NCBI GenBank assembly: GCA_963667015.2 | Contig: CAXXJJ010000001.1 | Coordinates: 608,001 to 672,000, forward strand | Direction of reading: 5' to 3' | Source: Desulfatiglandales bacterium | GTDB lineage: Bacteria; Desulfobacterota; DSM-4660; Desulfatiglandales; HGW-15 | DNA length: 64,000 nucleotides | Shown here: positions 47,632 through 58,456 of the stretch, one piece after another | Layout: each line of letters begins with the position of its first letter | Numbering within the stretch: the first letter of the stretch is position 1 | The notes under the pieces: generated by a model | Seen by the model: only the letters and a program-made list of their open reading frames with translations | Told to the model about the DNA's origin: nothing | Database searches by the model: none | Translations under genes and position numbers: made by a program

Positions 47632-49533
47632 ATGCTGCTCAGTTTGATGCGAAAACACGCCCAGTCATGGATAATAAAATTCATGATTGCTTTGATTGTT
47701 GTAGTTTTTATCTTTTTCTATGGATACTCTTTCAGGTCCGATGACCGGATTAAGGTGGCAGAGGTAAATGGAGAACCGATAAGCAGGGTCGATTACGAGC
47801 GTGCCTACAATAACATGCTTAATAATCTCCGGAATGAGTATAAGAGTGTGTGGAATGATAAACTGATTGATGCATTTGATTTAAAAAACAGGGCACTTGA
47901 GGCACTTATTGAACAGAAAATTGTAAGCCAGGAAGCTGAAAAATTAGGTCTTATGGTTACAAAAAATGAAATCCGTGACCAGATACTTAAAGTACCCGCA
48001 TTTCTTACTGATGGCATGTTTGATGAAAACAGATACCGATCCCTCCTTTCCTACAGCCGGACCACACCCGAGGCCTTTGAGGAAAACCTTTCAAATGACC
48101 TGCTGCAGCAGAAGCTTATGCAGTTTCTGATGACATTTCTTGTCCCCAGTAATCAGGAAATTCTTGATAATTACCGGTTTGCAAATGAGAAGATAAAGCT
48201 GAGTTTTGTTAAATTTACACCGGATGAATATAAAGCCTCTGTTGAAAAGGAAAGGGAGCCCATTAACACCTTTTTTGAAGAACGGAAGGAAGACTACCGA
48301 ATCCCCGGGAAGATAAAAATTGGTTATATTAAAATCAGTCCCGAGCAGTTCAATGATAAGGTCGAACTGGAAGAAAACCAGCTCATGGGATATTATGAAG
48401 ATAATATCAGCATGTATACCCAGGATGAGCAGGTAAGGGCAAGGCATATCCTGTTTAAAGTCGATCCGGACACTTCTCCCGAGGATCAGGCAAAAATAGC
48501 GGAAAAGGCAGCCTCGGTACTTGAGAGGGCAAAAAAGGGAGAAGATTTTGCTGAACTTGCAAAGGAATTCTCCGATGATACATCAAAGTCAGAGGGCGGA
48601 GATCTTGGATATTTTTCAAGGGGCAGTATGGTAAAGGAATTTGAGAATGCTGCCTTCAGCCTTAAGAAAGGCGAGATAAGCGACCTGGTAAAAACTGCCT
48701 ATGGCTATCACATTATAAAGGTTGAGGATGTTAAAGAGGGGTCTGTTAAACCATATGCCGAGGTCAGGGATCAGATAGAAAGCACCATGAAAAAGAACGT
48801 CACTATGGACATGGCAAAGTCAAGGGCATTGGATCTTATTGACCAGATGCCCTATGATATTGAGCTCAGGGAATATGCTGCAGATCATGAAGTTCCTTAC
48901 AGTGAGACGGATTTTTTCTCACAGTCAGAGCCGATCCCGGTAATCACGGGTAACAGCAAACTCAAAGAAACCCTTTTCACCCTTCAGAAGGGTGAGGTAA
49001 CTGAACTGATGGAACTCAATAACGATAACTATATTATCCAGGTTACAGATAAAAAGGATTCCTACCTGCCTGAACTGGATGAGGTTTATGCATCGGTCGA
49101 GACAGACTATGTCGATCATATGGCACTTGAGAGCGCCAGGGCGGACGCAGAAAAATACCTGCAGGCACTCAGAGACGGCGGTAACTGGGAAGAACTTGCC
49201 AAAGAGAAAAACAGAACCATTGAATCAACAGAGTTCTTCACAAGAAGAGGGACACCTAAAGAGATCGGTTCTGCCAGCGGTCTTCAGGAAGCGGTGTTCA
49301 AGCTGAATGCAGATAATGCATTTCCGGAAACAATTTTTGACAATGCAGGCGGTGCATTTGTCGTCAAATGGGCCGAGAAACAGGATATAGATGAAGCAAA
49401 ATATAATGAAGAAAAGGAAATGTATGCAGAATCTCTGACCCGGATGAAACAGCAGGAAGCCTATTTGGATTGGATTGAAAATATGAAGGCAAAATCGGAT
49501 ATCGATATGAGCTTTTTTGAGAAATACAGATAA
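47632..49533 (+). CDS. ppiD: periplasmic chaperone/PPIase PpiD
   Basis: N-terminal TM, SurA-like domain, parvulin motifs ([19 protein letters not shown]). Confidence 0.88.
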   Translation: MLLSLMRKHAQSWIIKFMIALIVVVFIFFYGYSFRSDDRIKVAEVNGEPISRVDYERAYNNMLNNLRNEYKSVWNDKLIDAFDLKNRALEALIEQKIVSQEAEKLGLMVTKNEIRDQILKVPAFLTDGMFDENRYRSLLSYSRTTPEAFEENLSNDLLQQKLMQFLMTFLVPSNQEILDNYRFANEKIKLSFVKFTPDEYKASVEKEREPINTFFEERKEDYRIPGKIKIGYIKISPEQFNDKVELEENQLMGYYEDNISMYTQDEQVRARHILFKVDPDTSPEDQAKIAEKAASVLERAKKGEDFAELAKEFSDDTSKSEGGDLGYFSRGSMVKEFENAAFSLKKGEISDLVKTAYGYHIIKVEDVKEGSVKPYAEVRDQIESTMKKNVTMDMAKSRALDLIDQMPYDIELREYAADHEVPYSETDFFSQSEPIPVITGNSKLKETLFTLQKGEVTELMELNNDNYIIQVTDKKDSYLPELDEVYASVETDYVDHMALESARADAEKYLQALRDGGNWEELAKEKNRTIESTEFFTRRGTPKEIGSASGLQEAVFKLNADNAFPETIFDNAGGAFVVKWAEKQDIDEAKYNEEKEMYAESLTRMKQQEAYLDWIENMKAKSDIDMSFFEKYR

Positions 49534-50001
49534 TCAGAATTTTATATAGTATTTTTTATTATTAAGAGGGAGATAATATTTATCTCCCTCTTCTTTTATG
49601 AGGGAGGCGAGCTGATAATAGGCCGCCCTGCTGAAACGGGTCTTAAAGGTGTTGTCCTTAATCCGGCAATAGAGGACATTTTGTTCTCCCACGCTGAGGG
49701 TGTCAGGATCAAGGTTTTCCTGCGTATCATCAATCAGATAGAGAATTATCTGCTCTTTATCTGTTTTTTCTGCCCTGTCAAGCTCTACCCTGTTAACTAT
49801 AAATGGTGTATCCTCAACCTCTACAAGACATTTTTCTTCGCCCAGGACTATAATGTAGGCCCCATGGGAATCTGTTATCATGTTCCTGTAGAATTCATTG
49901 ACAATACCCCTGTGAATCATCTCAGCGCCTTTATGAAACCATTTGCCGTTCTTATCTATATAAATCATGCATGGGGGGATAGTTTTTTCTGGCATTCTCA
50001 T
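49534..50001 (-). CDS. DUF1285-like protein
   Basis: IDKNGKWFHKG, EKCLVEVEDTPF, FSRAAYYQL. Confidence 0.75.
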   Translation of the reverse strand: MRMPEKTIPPCMIYIDKNGKWFHKGAEMIHRGIVNEFYRNMITDSHGAYIIVLGEEKCLVEVEDTPFIVNRVELDRAEKTDKEQIILYLIDDTQENLDPDTLSVGEQNVLYCRIKDNTFKTRFSRAAYYQLASLIKEEGDKYYLPLNNKKYYIKF

Positions 50002-50178
50002 TATTCCCTTAAAAGTTTTTCGAAAATGAGAAATATTTACACATCATAACTGTTGTTTTCAAGGCCGTTTTTAAAAGTTGTCAGAAAAAACGATTTTAGG
50101 TAAGCTTAACTTGTTCATATCAGGAAGCAATTTCAGTGGTTTATTTCTATCCCGGATATATTTTCAAGCGAGGCATTG

Positions 50179-51339
50179 ATGAAAAATCGTACAGTGCTTT
50201 TTGTTGATGATGAGGAAAACATCAGGAAGTCCATCGAAAGGGCTCTAAGGCGTGAACAGTTCCAGCGCATCTATGCATCAAACGGGATTGAGGCGCAGGA
50301 GATAATACAGAAAGACAATATCAGTATTATTGTAACCGATATGCAGATGCCCGGGATGGACGGTCTTGCGCTTCTAAAATGGGTGGAAAAGGAAAAACCG
50401 GATATTATCAGACTGGTATTATCCATGAAGGCCGATACCGGAACCATACTTGAAGCCATTAACAGCGGGAATATCTATCGCTATATCATAAAGCCATGGG
50501 ATGAAGGCGAACTTGTTTCATCAATAAGGCAGGGGCTGGAGTTGTATGACCTGAGAGAAGAAAAACAGCAGCTTTTGGACGAGCTTGAGGAGTATAACCG
50601 GACTCTCGAACAAAAAGTGGAAGAACGCACTAATCAGCTGCTGGCAATAAACAGCGAGGCAGAGATAGGCAAGCATACTTCTCAGATTGTTCATAATCTC
50701 AATAATTTTTTAAACAATATTCGGGGAGCCCTTGGCATACTGGGTTCTGCTATTTCCGGAAAAAACCCCGATATTGATAAGGCCAGAGAGTTTTTTAATA
50801 TTACTGTATCGAACGTTGATTCGCTGGCACAAATAATCGCGGAGATCCTTGTAAGATCCGGGGATAAGGATAGCAGGATAAAAGATGAAGATATCGATAT
50901 GAACCAGTTGATAGAAAAGGAGATGCTCTTCTGGGATCTAAATCCGTTTTATAAATACAAGATAAAAAAAGAGTTTCATTTTGATAAAAATCTTCCTGCT
51001 TTCAGGGGCAGCCAGATACAGATTAAGCAGATCCTTGATAACCTGATAAAAAATTCAATTGATTCAATGGAAAAGGTTGAGTTTAGACAGCTGAGTATAT
51101 GCACAGAACACAGGGATAATTTTATTTCGATTGCTGTTTCCGACACGGGAGAGGGGATACCTGAGGAGAATATATCAAGGGTCTTTTCACCGGACTATAC
51201 AACCAAGCCTGTAGGAAAGGGGACCGGTCTTGGTCTGGCAAGCGTAAAGGCCATGGTGGAGGCATATTCCGGTATAATAGAAATTGATTCGACCGCAGGT
51301 GAAGGGACAACCGTATCCATTCAATTGCCTGTTCAGTAG
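50179..51339 (+). CDS. receiver-histidine kinase hybrid
   Basis: FVDDE, DMQMPG, KPW, VHNLNN H-box, [11 protein letters not shown]. Confidence 0.88.
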   Translation: MKNRTVLFVDDEENIRKSIERALRREQFQRIYASNGIEAQEIIQKDNISIIVTDMQMPGMDGLALLKWVEKEKPDIIRLVLSMKADTGTILEAINSGNIYRYIIKPWDEGELVSSIRQGLELYDLREEKQQLLDELEEYNRTLEQKVEERTNQLLAINSEAEIGKHTSQIVHNLNNFLNNIRGALGILGSAISGKNPDIDKAREFFNITVSNVDSLAQIIAEILVRSGDKDSRIKDEDIDMNQLIEKEMLFWDLNPFYKYKIKKEFHFDKNLPAFRGSQIQIKQILDNLIKNSIDSMEKVEFRQLSICTEHRDNFISIAVSDTGEGIPEENISRVFSPDYTTKPVGKGTGLGLASVKAMVEAYSGIIEIDSTAGEGTTVSIQLPVQ

Positions 51340-51352
51340 CTTTCAGGATATT

Positions 51353-51745
51353 TTAATTTCCAAGAACCCTGTAAAAAGCAAAACTGCCAACCGGTTTATT
51401 ATCCATCATAATAGGGGTAATATGGCCCAGTACCCCGACTTTTCTGCCGTTTTTCCTGCTCTTTATTATTTTCCCCTTATTGTTTTTGGCGCCAAAGGAG
51501 CTGTGTCTGGATTTTCTTAAGTCTGCCACGGTTTGTTCCTGTATAATAAGGTCGCTTACAGGTTTTCCCAGCGCCTCTTCCTCTGTATATCCGAAAAGTC
51601 TTGTGAAGCCGGGATTGATCATCTCGACAATGGATCTGTTATCTGTAACAACAACAGCATCTTCCCTGTTTTCACTGACTCTTTCTCTGATCTGATTTTT
51701 ATCCAGGAACTCATACACCTTTTTTCCATTTATCCAGGATCTCAT
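51353..51745 (-). CDS. stand-alone PAS domain protein
   Basis: DAVVVTD...INPGFTRLFGYT.EEA.GK. Confidence 0.75.
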   Translation of the reverse strand: MRSWINGKKVYEFLDKNQIRERVSENREDAVVVTDNRSIVEMINPGFTRLFGYTEEEALGKPVSDLIIQEQTVADLRKSRHSSFGAKNNKGKIIKSRKNGRKVGVLGHITPIMMDNKPVGSFAFYRVLGN

Positions 51746-51799
51746 TTTTATCTTCCCCTAAACAGGCCTTATTTTTTTATTCTTACTAAAGATAAAAAA

Positions 51800-51815
51800 T
51801 GCAACAGCTGTGCCA
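51800..51815 (-). promoter_or_regulatory. sigma-54 promoter
   Basis: minus-strand TGGCACAGCTGTTGCA, a full consensus match 55 bp upstream of the PAS gene. Confidence 0.8.
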
Positions 51816-51929
51816 CAAAACCTTTGCGGCCAGCATGCTGATTTGTCTGTATTTTTAAAGGGTTGAGCCTTCAGGCAAGTAGTAAAAACCAACGGCGTGC
51901 ATAAAAAGGCAATATTTTGACATAGAAGT

Positions 51930-53231
51930 CTACTTTACTGCAGCCCCTACATGGCAGGGGAGGCCTTCATGTTCTCCAAGGGCATCGATTGTATCCTTCA
52001 GGTCCCTGAGTGCCTCTTCGGATAGTGCGCCTATCGTTGATGTTTTGATCATGTCCTTGCATGTAATACCGCTAAAGGCCCTTGCAAAGCCGTTTGTGGG
52101 CAGTACCGCTGTAATGCCAATGGCATAGTTGGCTGCGGAAAAGGGTGTATTGTGCCCCAGGAGGATTTCACCGGTATTGCGTATTTGGGAAAGAATTTCT
52201 TTCTGAGTGTCTTCACTGCATGCAACCATAAGGTGTTCCGGGGCAAACTCATCGATAATTTTACAGGCGCTTTTTACATCCGGGACAACAGCGACAGCGC
52301 CCATGCCATCCTTTCCGAATACCTTTGATAGAATCGTGCTTCTTTTTTCTTCAACTCCGGGAATACGGTCGAGAAGCGCTCCAGCAACCTTTTCAGCCAG
52401 TTCTCCGGAAGTGGTCGCCAGAAGAACCGAAGAATCGGGCCCATGCTCTGCCTCACACATCAGGTTGCGGGCAACCCAGTCCGGGTCTGCACTGTTATCC
52501 GCAATAACAGCGCAGTCAGTCGGACCGATACCAACCACTGTCTTTTTCCCGTATGAAAAGGCAACGCTCATGGCTGCAGCAATCCCTGCCGGGCCAGGGC
52601 CGAACATGCCGTCAACTTCGGGGATCGATTCTGTCCCGACGGTCATACCGGCCAGGACTGCCACACCATTTCCAATGACAATCCTGTCAGCTCCTGCGAT
52701 AGTTGCTGCTGCAACTGTTGAGGGGTTTGCTGAACCATTTTCCTGGGGAGGCATTCCTACCACAATGTTGGATACACCGGCCACCTTTGCCGCGGTTACG
52801 AGCATTAGGGCGGTTGATACTAGAGGTCCTTTCCTGGCGGGGATATAGAGCCCGACCGATTCAAGGGGACTTATTTTTTCGCCGATTATTGTCCCGGGCC
52901 GTATTTCTTTTCTCCAGTCAGGCTCGGGCATGAGCGCCTCATTTACCTCTCTGATATTTCTGATTGCCTTTTCTACTGCACTTCTGAATTTAGGTGAAAG
53001 ACCATCAAGGCATCTGTGGATATATTCATCCGATACCCTGACCGAGTCAATTTTTATGGAATCAAATTTTTCCGTTGCCTCAATAACGTATTTATCACCT
53101 GAGGCCGCCACATTGTTAAAGATTGCGGTTATATCCGCTATAAGTGAACTGTCCAGGAGATTTTTCCGGGGAGAGAGCCTTTTTCTTAATATTTCTTCAT
53201 CATCTGGAAGTTTAAATAAAAAATCTATCAT
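51930..53231 (-). CDS. hisD: histidinol dehydrogenase-like protein (divergent)
   Basis: VGLYIP, EAEHG, FAPEHL, VLPTNG, EGL..H; several canonical residues are altered. Confidence 0.75.
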   Translation of the reverse strand: MIDFLFKLPDDEEILRKRLSPRKNLLDSSLIADITAIFNNVAASGDKYVIEATEKFDSIKIDSVRVSDEYIHRCLDGLSPKFRSAVEKAIRNIREVNEALMPEPDWRKEIRPGTIIGEKISPLESVGLYIPARKGPLVSTALMLVTAAKVAGVSNIVVGMPPQENGSANPSTVAAATIAGADRIVIGNGVAVLAGMTVGTESIPEVDGMFGPGPAGIAAAMSVAFSYGKKTVVGIGPTDCAVIADNSADPDWVARNLMCEAEHGPDSSVLLATTSGELAEKVAGALLDRIPGVEEKRSTILSKVFGKDGMGAVAVVPDVKSACKIIDEFAPEHLMVACSEDTQKEILSQIRNTGEILLGHNTPFSAANYAIGITAVLPTNGFARAFSGITCKDMIKTSTIGALSEEALRDLKDTIDALGEHEGLPCHVGAAVK

Positions 53232-53251
53232 CTGTTTTCTTTCTATACATA

Positions 53252-54613
53252 TTAATCTTTAATATGTTCAATAAGAACGCAGGCCTGCCCTACATAATCT
53301 GCCGGCGTGAGGGCAAGGAGCCTGTTTTTGTCTTCATCGGGAAGCTTAAGACTGTTAATAAATGAATGGAGATCATCCCTGGTTATTTTTTTACCCCTGG
53401 ACAGCTCCTTCATTTTTTCATAGGGATTTTCTATCCCTGCCTTTCTCATGACGGTCTGTACCGGTTCAGCCAGTACTTCCCATGCATTTTCAAGGTCTCT
53501 TGTAATGGTATCCCTGTCAACTGATACCCTTCCGATGCCCCTAATGGCAGACTTTATTGCCAGGTATGAATGACCCACAGCGTTACCCATATTCCGGATG
53601 GCTGACGAATCGGTCAGGTCCCTCTGGAGCCGGGATATTGGCAGCTTGGATGCAAGGTGGTCAAGGAGGGCGTTGCTTATGCCCAGGTTTGCCTCGGAAT
53701 TTTCAAAGTCTATGGGATTTACCTTGTGCGGCATAACAGAAGAACCCACCTCTGTACTTACAACCTTCTGTTTGAAATAACCAAGAGAGATATATGTCCA
53801 CATGTCCCTGTCAAAATCCATGGTTATATTGTTAAACCTCATGATGGCATGAAAAAGCTCCGCCATATAGTCATGGGATTCTATCTGGGTTGTAAGAGGG
53901 TTAAAGGTCAGGCCAAGCCCTTCGATAAATGCCCTGGAAATATCTTCCCATGGGGCATCCGGGTATGATGCGCAGTGTGCATTGTAACAGCCCACAGCAC
54001 CGTTGAATTTCCCAAGGTATTCTATTGCCCTGATCTGGGAAAGCTGTCTTTTCCATCTGTGGATGAAAACTGCCAGCTCTTTACCCGTAGTTGTAGGTGT
54101 GGCGGCCTGACCATGGGTTCTTGCAAGCATGGGGATCTCTTTAGACTCTTCAGCTATGGACCCGAGCTTGCTCAGCATTTCCCCGGCAAGGGGAAGCCAT
54201 TCATTATTTATCCCTTCCCTGAGCATAAGCGCATGGGAAAGATTGTTGATGTCTTCCGATGTGCAGCAGAAATGGATGGATTCGCCCAGGTCTTCTATTG
54301 ACGTGCCCTTGATTGCATCCTTAATATAATACTCAACAGCCTTAACGTCATGCCTTGTCCGGTCTTCAATTTCCTTAACTGCCGCAGCCTTTTGATCATC
54401 AAAGTAGGCAACTATCTTTCGAAGATATTCCTTTTCGGAATCGGAAAGCTCTCTTACATGGGAGATCTCCGGCCGTTCGGACATCATGATGAGCCACTCT
54501 ATTTCAACATGGATTCTGTATTTTATTAATCCCCATTCTGAGAAATATGCTGTCAGGGGTTCCAGATTTTTACTGTAGCGCCCGTCAAGGGGGGATATTG
54601 ATTTTATTGCCAT
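53252..54613 (-). CDS. purB: adenylosuccinate lyase
   Basis: ISPLDGRY, HDVKAVEY, TSEDINN, GSSVMPHKVNPIDFENSE. Confidence 0.97.
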   Translation of the reverse strand: MAIKSISPLDGRYSKNLEPLTAYFSEWGLIKYRIHVEIEWLIMMSERPEISHVRELSDSEKEYLRKIVAYFDDQKAAAVKEIEDRTRHDVKAVEYYIKDAIKGTSIEDLGESIHFCCTSEDINNLSHALMLREGINNEWLPLAGEMLSKLGSIAEESKEIPMLARTHGQAATPTTTGKELAVFIHRWKRQLSQIRAIEYLGKFNGAVGCYNAHCASYPDAPWEDISRAFIEGLGLTFNPLTTQIESHDYMAELFHAIMRFNNITMDFDRDMWTYISLGYFKQKVVSTEVGSSVMPHKVNPIDFENSEANLGISNALLDHLASKLPISRLQRDLTDSSAIRNMGNAVGHSYLAIKSAIRGIGRVSVDRDTITRDLENAWEVLAEPVQTVMRKAGIENPYEKMKELSRGKKITRDDLHSFINSLKLPDEDKNRLLALTPADYVGQACVLIEHIKD

Positions 54614-54812
54614 GAAGGCCTCCGCAATTGGTATTAAACAGCAATTTCCGTGAATCAGGTCTGATTAGCACGGAAATTGCTATATAAATACCTGATTAAA
54701 TTTAAAAAGTAAAGGAAATGGAGCGAACATAAAAGTATTGTAAAGAGTTAATGTGTCATGTAAAATGCACAAAATCCAATCAAAACCTAATAATACCTAA
54801 AGGAGTGTTACA

Positions 54813-56720
54813 ATGAAAAAGGCGGGTGTAATTCGTTTTACTGCAATATCTCTGTTTCTTATCTCTCTATTTATTTTTTCATGTCAGTCTCAAACAACCG
54901 ATGTAGCCGATCAGGCAGCCGCTGTGAAAGGTTTTAAGGCCTTTGATGCCCAGGCAAAAGAAATCCTGAGTCAAATGACCCTTGAAGAAAAATTAGGGCA
55001 GATGACCCAGCCTGAACAGGACAAGGTTCTGGGTAATCCCGGCGATATGCAGAAGTATTTTATCGGATCGGTATTGAGCGGAGGCGGTTCCGACCCTGCA
55101 GAAGGTAACAGCCTCGAGGCATGGACCGATCTTTATGACCGTGTGCAGGATGAGGCGATGAAGACACGGCTTGCCATACCCGTTCTCTATGGAATAGATG
55201 CCGTACACGGACACAGCAATGTGCTCGGCGCCGTCATGTTTCCCCACAATATTGCCCTCGGATGCACCCGGGATGCAGAGCTTGTTGAAAAGATCGGTCG
55301 CATTACTGCAAAGGAGATGCGCGCTACAGGTATTCACTGGACCTTTGCACCGGCAGTTACTGTGCCTCAGGATATTCGATGGGGCCGAACCTATGAAGGA
55401 TTTTCAGAAGATCCTAATATAGTAAAGGAGCTGGGAAAGGCAATGATAATGGGCCTCCAGGGTACAGACCTGTCTGATCCGCTGTCTGTGGTTGCATGTG
55501 CAAAGCATTATCTGGCTGACGGGGGTACTGAGGCGACAACTTCTTCACAGCCCGGTCCTTTTGGTGACCAGGCAGGCCGCATGTGGCTTGACCAGGGCGA
55601 TTCAAAGATGGATGAAGCTACATTGCGCAGGATTCACCTTCCCGGATATATCTCAGCTATCGAAGCGGGTGTGGGCACTATCATGCCATCATACAGTTCA
55701 TGGAACGGGGTCAAGTGTTCAGCCAGCAAACATCTTCTTACAGAGATACTAAAGGAAGAGCTTGGTTTTGACGGTTTTCTGATCTCGGATTACAATGCAA
55801 TTCACCAGATTGATCCGACTGATCTCAAAATGTCAATCATGATCTCAATCAATGCCGGTATGGACATGGCAATGGAGCCGGCTGGATACGGCGAATTTTA
55901 TGAAAAACTGAAGGAGCTTGTAGAAGAAGGCAAGGTTCCCATGTCCCGTATTGACGATGCTGTTACACGCATCTTAAGGGTGAAGATTGCAATGGGCCTT
56001 ATGGATAAAACGCGGTCACATAAGGCCGACCGTTCTTTACATAAAGACTTTGGCTCAAAGGAACATCGTGCGGTTGCAAGAGAAGCGGTCAGGAAATCGC
56101 TTGTCCTCCTTAAAAACGAAAATGGTATTTTACCTTTATCAAAAGATATTGCCAGTATCCATGTAGCCGGAAAGAGCGCGGACAATATAGGTAATCAGTG
56201 CGGCGGCTGGACCGTCCAGTGGCAGGGCCAGACAGGCGAGGTTACACCGGGCGGAACAACGGTTCTTTCGGCTGTAAGGGCTGCCGTATCAAAGGATACC
56301 GAAGTGACCTACTCTTTCGACGGAAATGGCGCAGAAGGGGCAGCGCTTGGTATCGTGGTGGTGGGTGAGAAGCCCTATGCCGAGGGACCTGGCGACCGCT
56401 CAGATCTGTCGCTCGATGATGAGGATGTGGCGGCCGTTAATAATATGAAAAAGGCCGGAATTCCTGTGGTTGTGCTGGTTATAGCCGGACGGCCCATGAT
56501 TGTTAATGATATCCTTCCCCAGTCAGACGCCCTGTTAGCGGCATTCCTTCCCGGTACAGAAGGGGACGGTATTGCGGATGTCCTTTTCGGTGATTACAGT
56601 CCGACCGGAAAACTGTCCTTTTCCTGGCCAAGGTCCAATGATCAGCTTCCGCTTAATATAAATATGCCGAAAGAAAAGTATGATCCGCTTTATCCTCTGG
56701 GATACGGATTAAGCTATTAA
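54813..56720 (+). CDS. GH3 beta-glucosidase, probable lipoprotein
   Basis: lipobox [43 protein letters not shown]. Confidence 0.92.
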   Translation: MKKAGVIRFTAISLFLISLFIFSCQSQTTDVADQAAAVKGFKAFDAQAKEILSQMTLEEKLGQMTQPEQDKVLGNPGDMQKYFIGSVLSGGGSDPAEGNSLEAWTDLYDRVQDEAMKTRLAIPVLYGIDAVHGHSNVLGAVMFPHNIALGCTRDAELVEKIGRITAKEMRATGIHWTFAPAVTVPQDIRWGRTYEGFSEDPNIVKELGKAMIMGLQGTDLSDPLSVVACAKHYLADGGTEATTSSQPGPFGDQAGRMWLDQGDSKMDEATLRRIHLPGYISAIEAGVGTIMPSYSSWNGVKCSASKHLLTEILKEELGFDGFLISDYNAIHQIDPTDLKMSIMISINAGMDMAMEPAGYGEFYEKLKELVEEGKVPMSRIDDAVTRILRVKIAMGLMDKTRSHKADRSLHKDFGSKEHRAVAREAVRKSLVLLKNENGILPLSKDIASIHVAGKSADNIGNQCGGWTVQWQGQTGEVTPGGTTVLSAVRAAVSKDTEVTYSFDGNGAEGAALGIVVVGEKPYAEGPGDRSDLSLDDEDVAAVNNMKKAGIPVVVLVIAGRPMIVNDILPQSDALLAAFLPGTEGDGIADVLFGDYSPTGKLSFSWPRSNDQLPLNINMPKEKYDPLYPLGYGLSY

Positions 56721-56729
56721 AATGCCGGC

Positions 56730-56767
56730 AGTGTGAATCTAAAAACCACTGTTTTTGGATTCACACT
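56730..56767. terminator. hairpin between convergent genes
   Basis: AGTGTGAATC..AAAAAC/GTTTTT..GATTCACACT. Confidence 0.65.
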
Positions 56768-56769
56768 AT

Positions 56770-57675
56770 TTATCCAAATGTCAGGCAGTTTCTGCCGGAA
56801 GACTTGCTTTTGTATAAAAGCTCATCCGCCCTCTTTATAAGGCTGTCGACGTTATCCTGTTCATTGGCCATTGTAGCACCGATTGAAATAGTCACCTGCA
56901 GAGTCTGGTTCAGGTTGTTGACTATGTATGAACTGGCTACAAGTTCACGTACCCTGTTTCCAAGGTTTATGAGGTCATCCCTGTTAATGTTCCGGATTAC
57001 GCCGATAAACTCCTCTCCGCCCCAGCGTCCATAAAAATCAAAGGGTCTTGAGTTTGATGCAAATGTTTTTGCTACAAACCGCAGAACAAGATCACCAACA
57101 TCATGCCCGTATTCGTCATTAAAATTTTTAAAATGATCAATATCCATAAATAAAATTCCAAAAGGAAGATTATATCGTTTAATCTCTTCAAACCTGTTCT
57201 GGAGTTCTCTCTGAATAAAATTCCTGTTGGCTAGTTTTGTCAGGTTATCAAGGAATGCCATTTTTTCGAGCTCTTTGACCCTGAGCATGTTGACTTCCTG
57301 ATTGCTGATATCTGTAAACAATTCGATTCCCCCAATAATTTCTCCTTCAGTATCAGTCATGGTACTGAGACGGACAGAAACCGGAACTCGATGACCATCC
57401 TTGTGATGCAGGTAAATCTGGGCTTCCCGGGGAATATTATCAGCCATGGTGGCGGCAAGAGGGCATACAGTGGTGCACATACGGTTCCCCTCTTTATCTA
57501 CGTGGGTCAGAATATTGTCTGAACACGGTCTTCCTATAACTTCATCTGCCCTGTATCCGGTAATCTTTTCCGCAGCCCTGTTCCAGTATGTTATTACCCT
57601 GTTTGTATCTACCAGGTATAAGCCGTCATGGAGATTTTCTATGATGCTTTTATAAGATCCCTGTTCCAGTTTCAT
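56770..57675 (-). CDS. PAS-GGDEF diguanylate cyclase
   Basis: PAS domain; DIDHFK, YGHDVGD, RWGGEEF; RPFD I-site. Confidence 0.92.
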   Translation of the reverse strand: MKLEQGSYKSIIENLHDGLYLVDTNRVITYWNRAAEKITGYRADEVIGRPCSDNILTHVDKEGNRMCTTVCPLAATMADNIPREAQIYLHHKDGHRVPVSVRLSTMTDTEGEIIGGIELFTDISNQEVNMLRVKELEKMAFLDNLTKLANRNFIQRELQNRFEEIKRYNLPFGILFMDIDHFKNFNDEYGHDVGDLVLRFVAKTFASNSRPFDFYGRWGGEEFIGVIRNINRDDLINLGNRVRELVASSYIVNNLNQTLQVTISIGATMANEQDNVDSLIKRADELLYKSKSSGRNCLTFG

Positions 57676-57717
57676 TGAACATTATCCTCCCTGAAAAAGT
57701 TCCCTATACTGCACTCT

Positions 57718-58296
57718 TTAAATGCTGTTTATCCACTTATCTATGGGGACTGCCCTGTAATTATTAAACCTGGTTATTAATTTTTCCGGATCAGTATCGA
57801 CAAGCAGCATATCTTTATGTTCCTGTCTTACAAACTGCTGTTTTACCGCATTTTCCAAAAAGGCAAGGATGCTGTCATAATAGCCGCAGATATTCAGCAG
57901 GCCGCAGGGTTTTGTATGAAACCCCAGTTGAGCCCATGTGAGTATCTCAAATACTTCTTCAATGGTGCCCATTCCTCCTGGTAATGCTATAAATGCATCG
58001 GAAAGATCAAACATAATAGTTTTTCTTTCATGCATTGTAGATACTATATGAAGCTCAGTCAGATTGTCATGGCCAACCCTGTCTGCAAATGATTCGGGTA
58101 TTACACCGATCACATCTCCCCCGTTTTCCATGGCAGAGGACGCAACTGCTCCCATAAGACCAACGCCTGCGCCCCCATAAACAAGGCCGATATTGTTTTC
58201 AGCAAGATATCTTCCGAGCTCTACAGCAGCCTTCATGTATTCAGGCCTTGTTCCCGTGTTAGATCCGCAATTTACACAGATATTTTTAATTTTCAT
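57718..58296 (-). CDS. LOG-family nucleotide monophosphate nucleosidase
   Basis: LVYGG..VGLMG, MHERK, ALPGGMGTIEE. Confidence 0.9.
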   Translation of the reverse strand: MKIKNICVNCGSNTGTRPEYMKAAVELGRYLAENNIGLVYGGAGVGLMGAVASSAMENGGDVIGVIPESFADRVGHDNLTELHIVSTMHERKTIMFDLSDAFIALPGGMGTIEEVFEILTWAQLGFHTKPCGLLNICGYYDSILAFLENAVKQQFVRQEHKDMLLVDTDPEKLITRFNNYRAVPIDKWINSI

Positions 58297-58456
58297 GATT
58301 GATTCCCTGTTCATTGGAAGAGCATAAATTAATAAATAACATTTTTTTTTGTAAAATCCTATAGATAAAGATTTTCCATTCTATATATTGCATTATACTT
58401 TAATGAATGTATTATATTCCGCTGAAAGTAAATATTTAAAGAGAGGAACCTGATTT

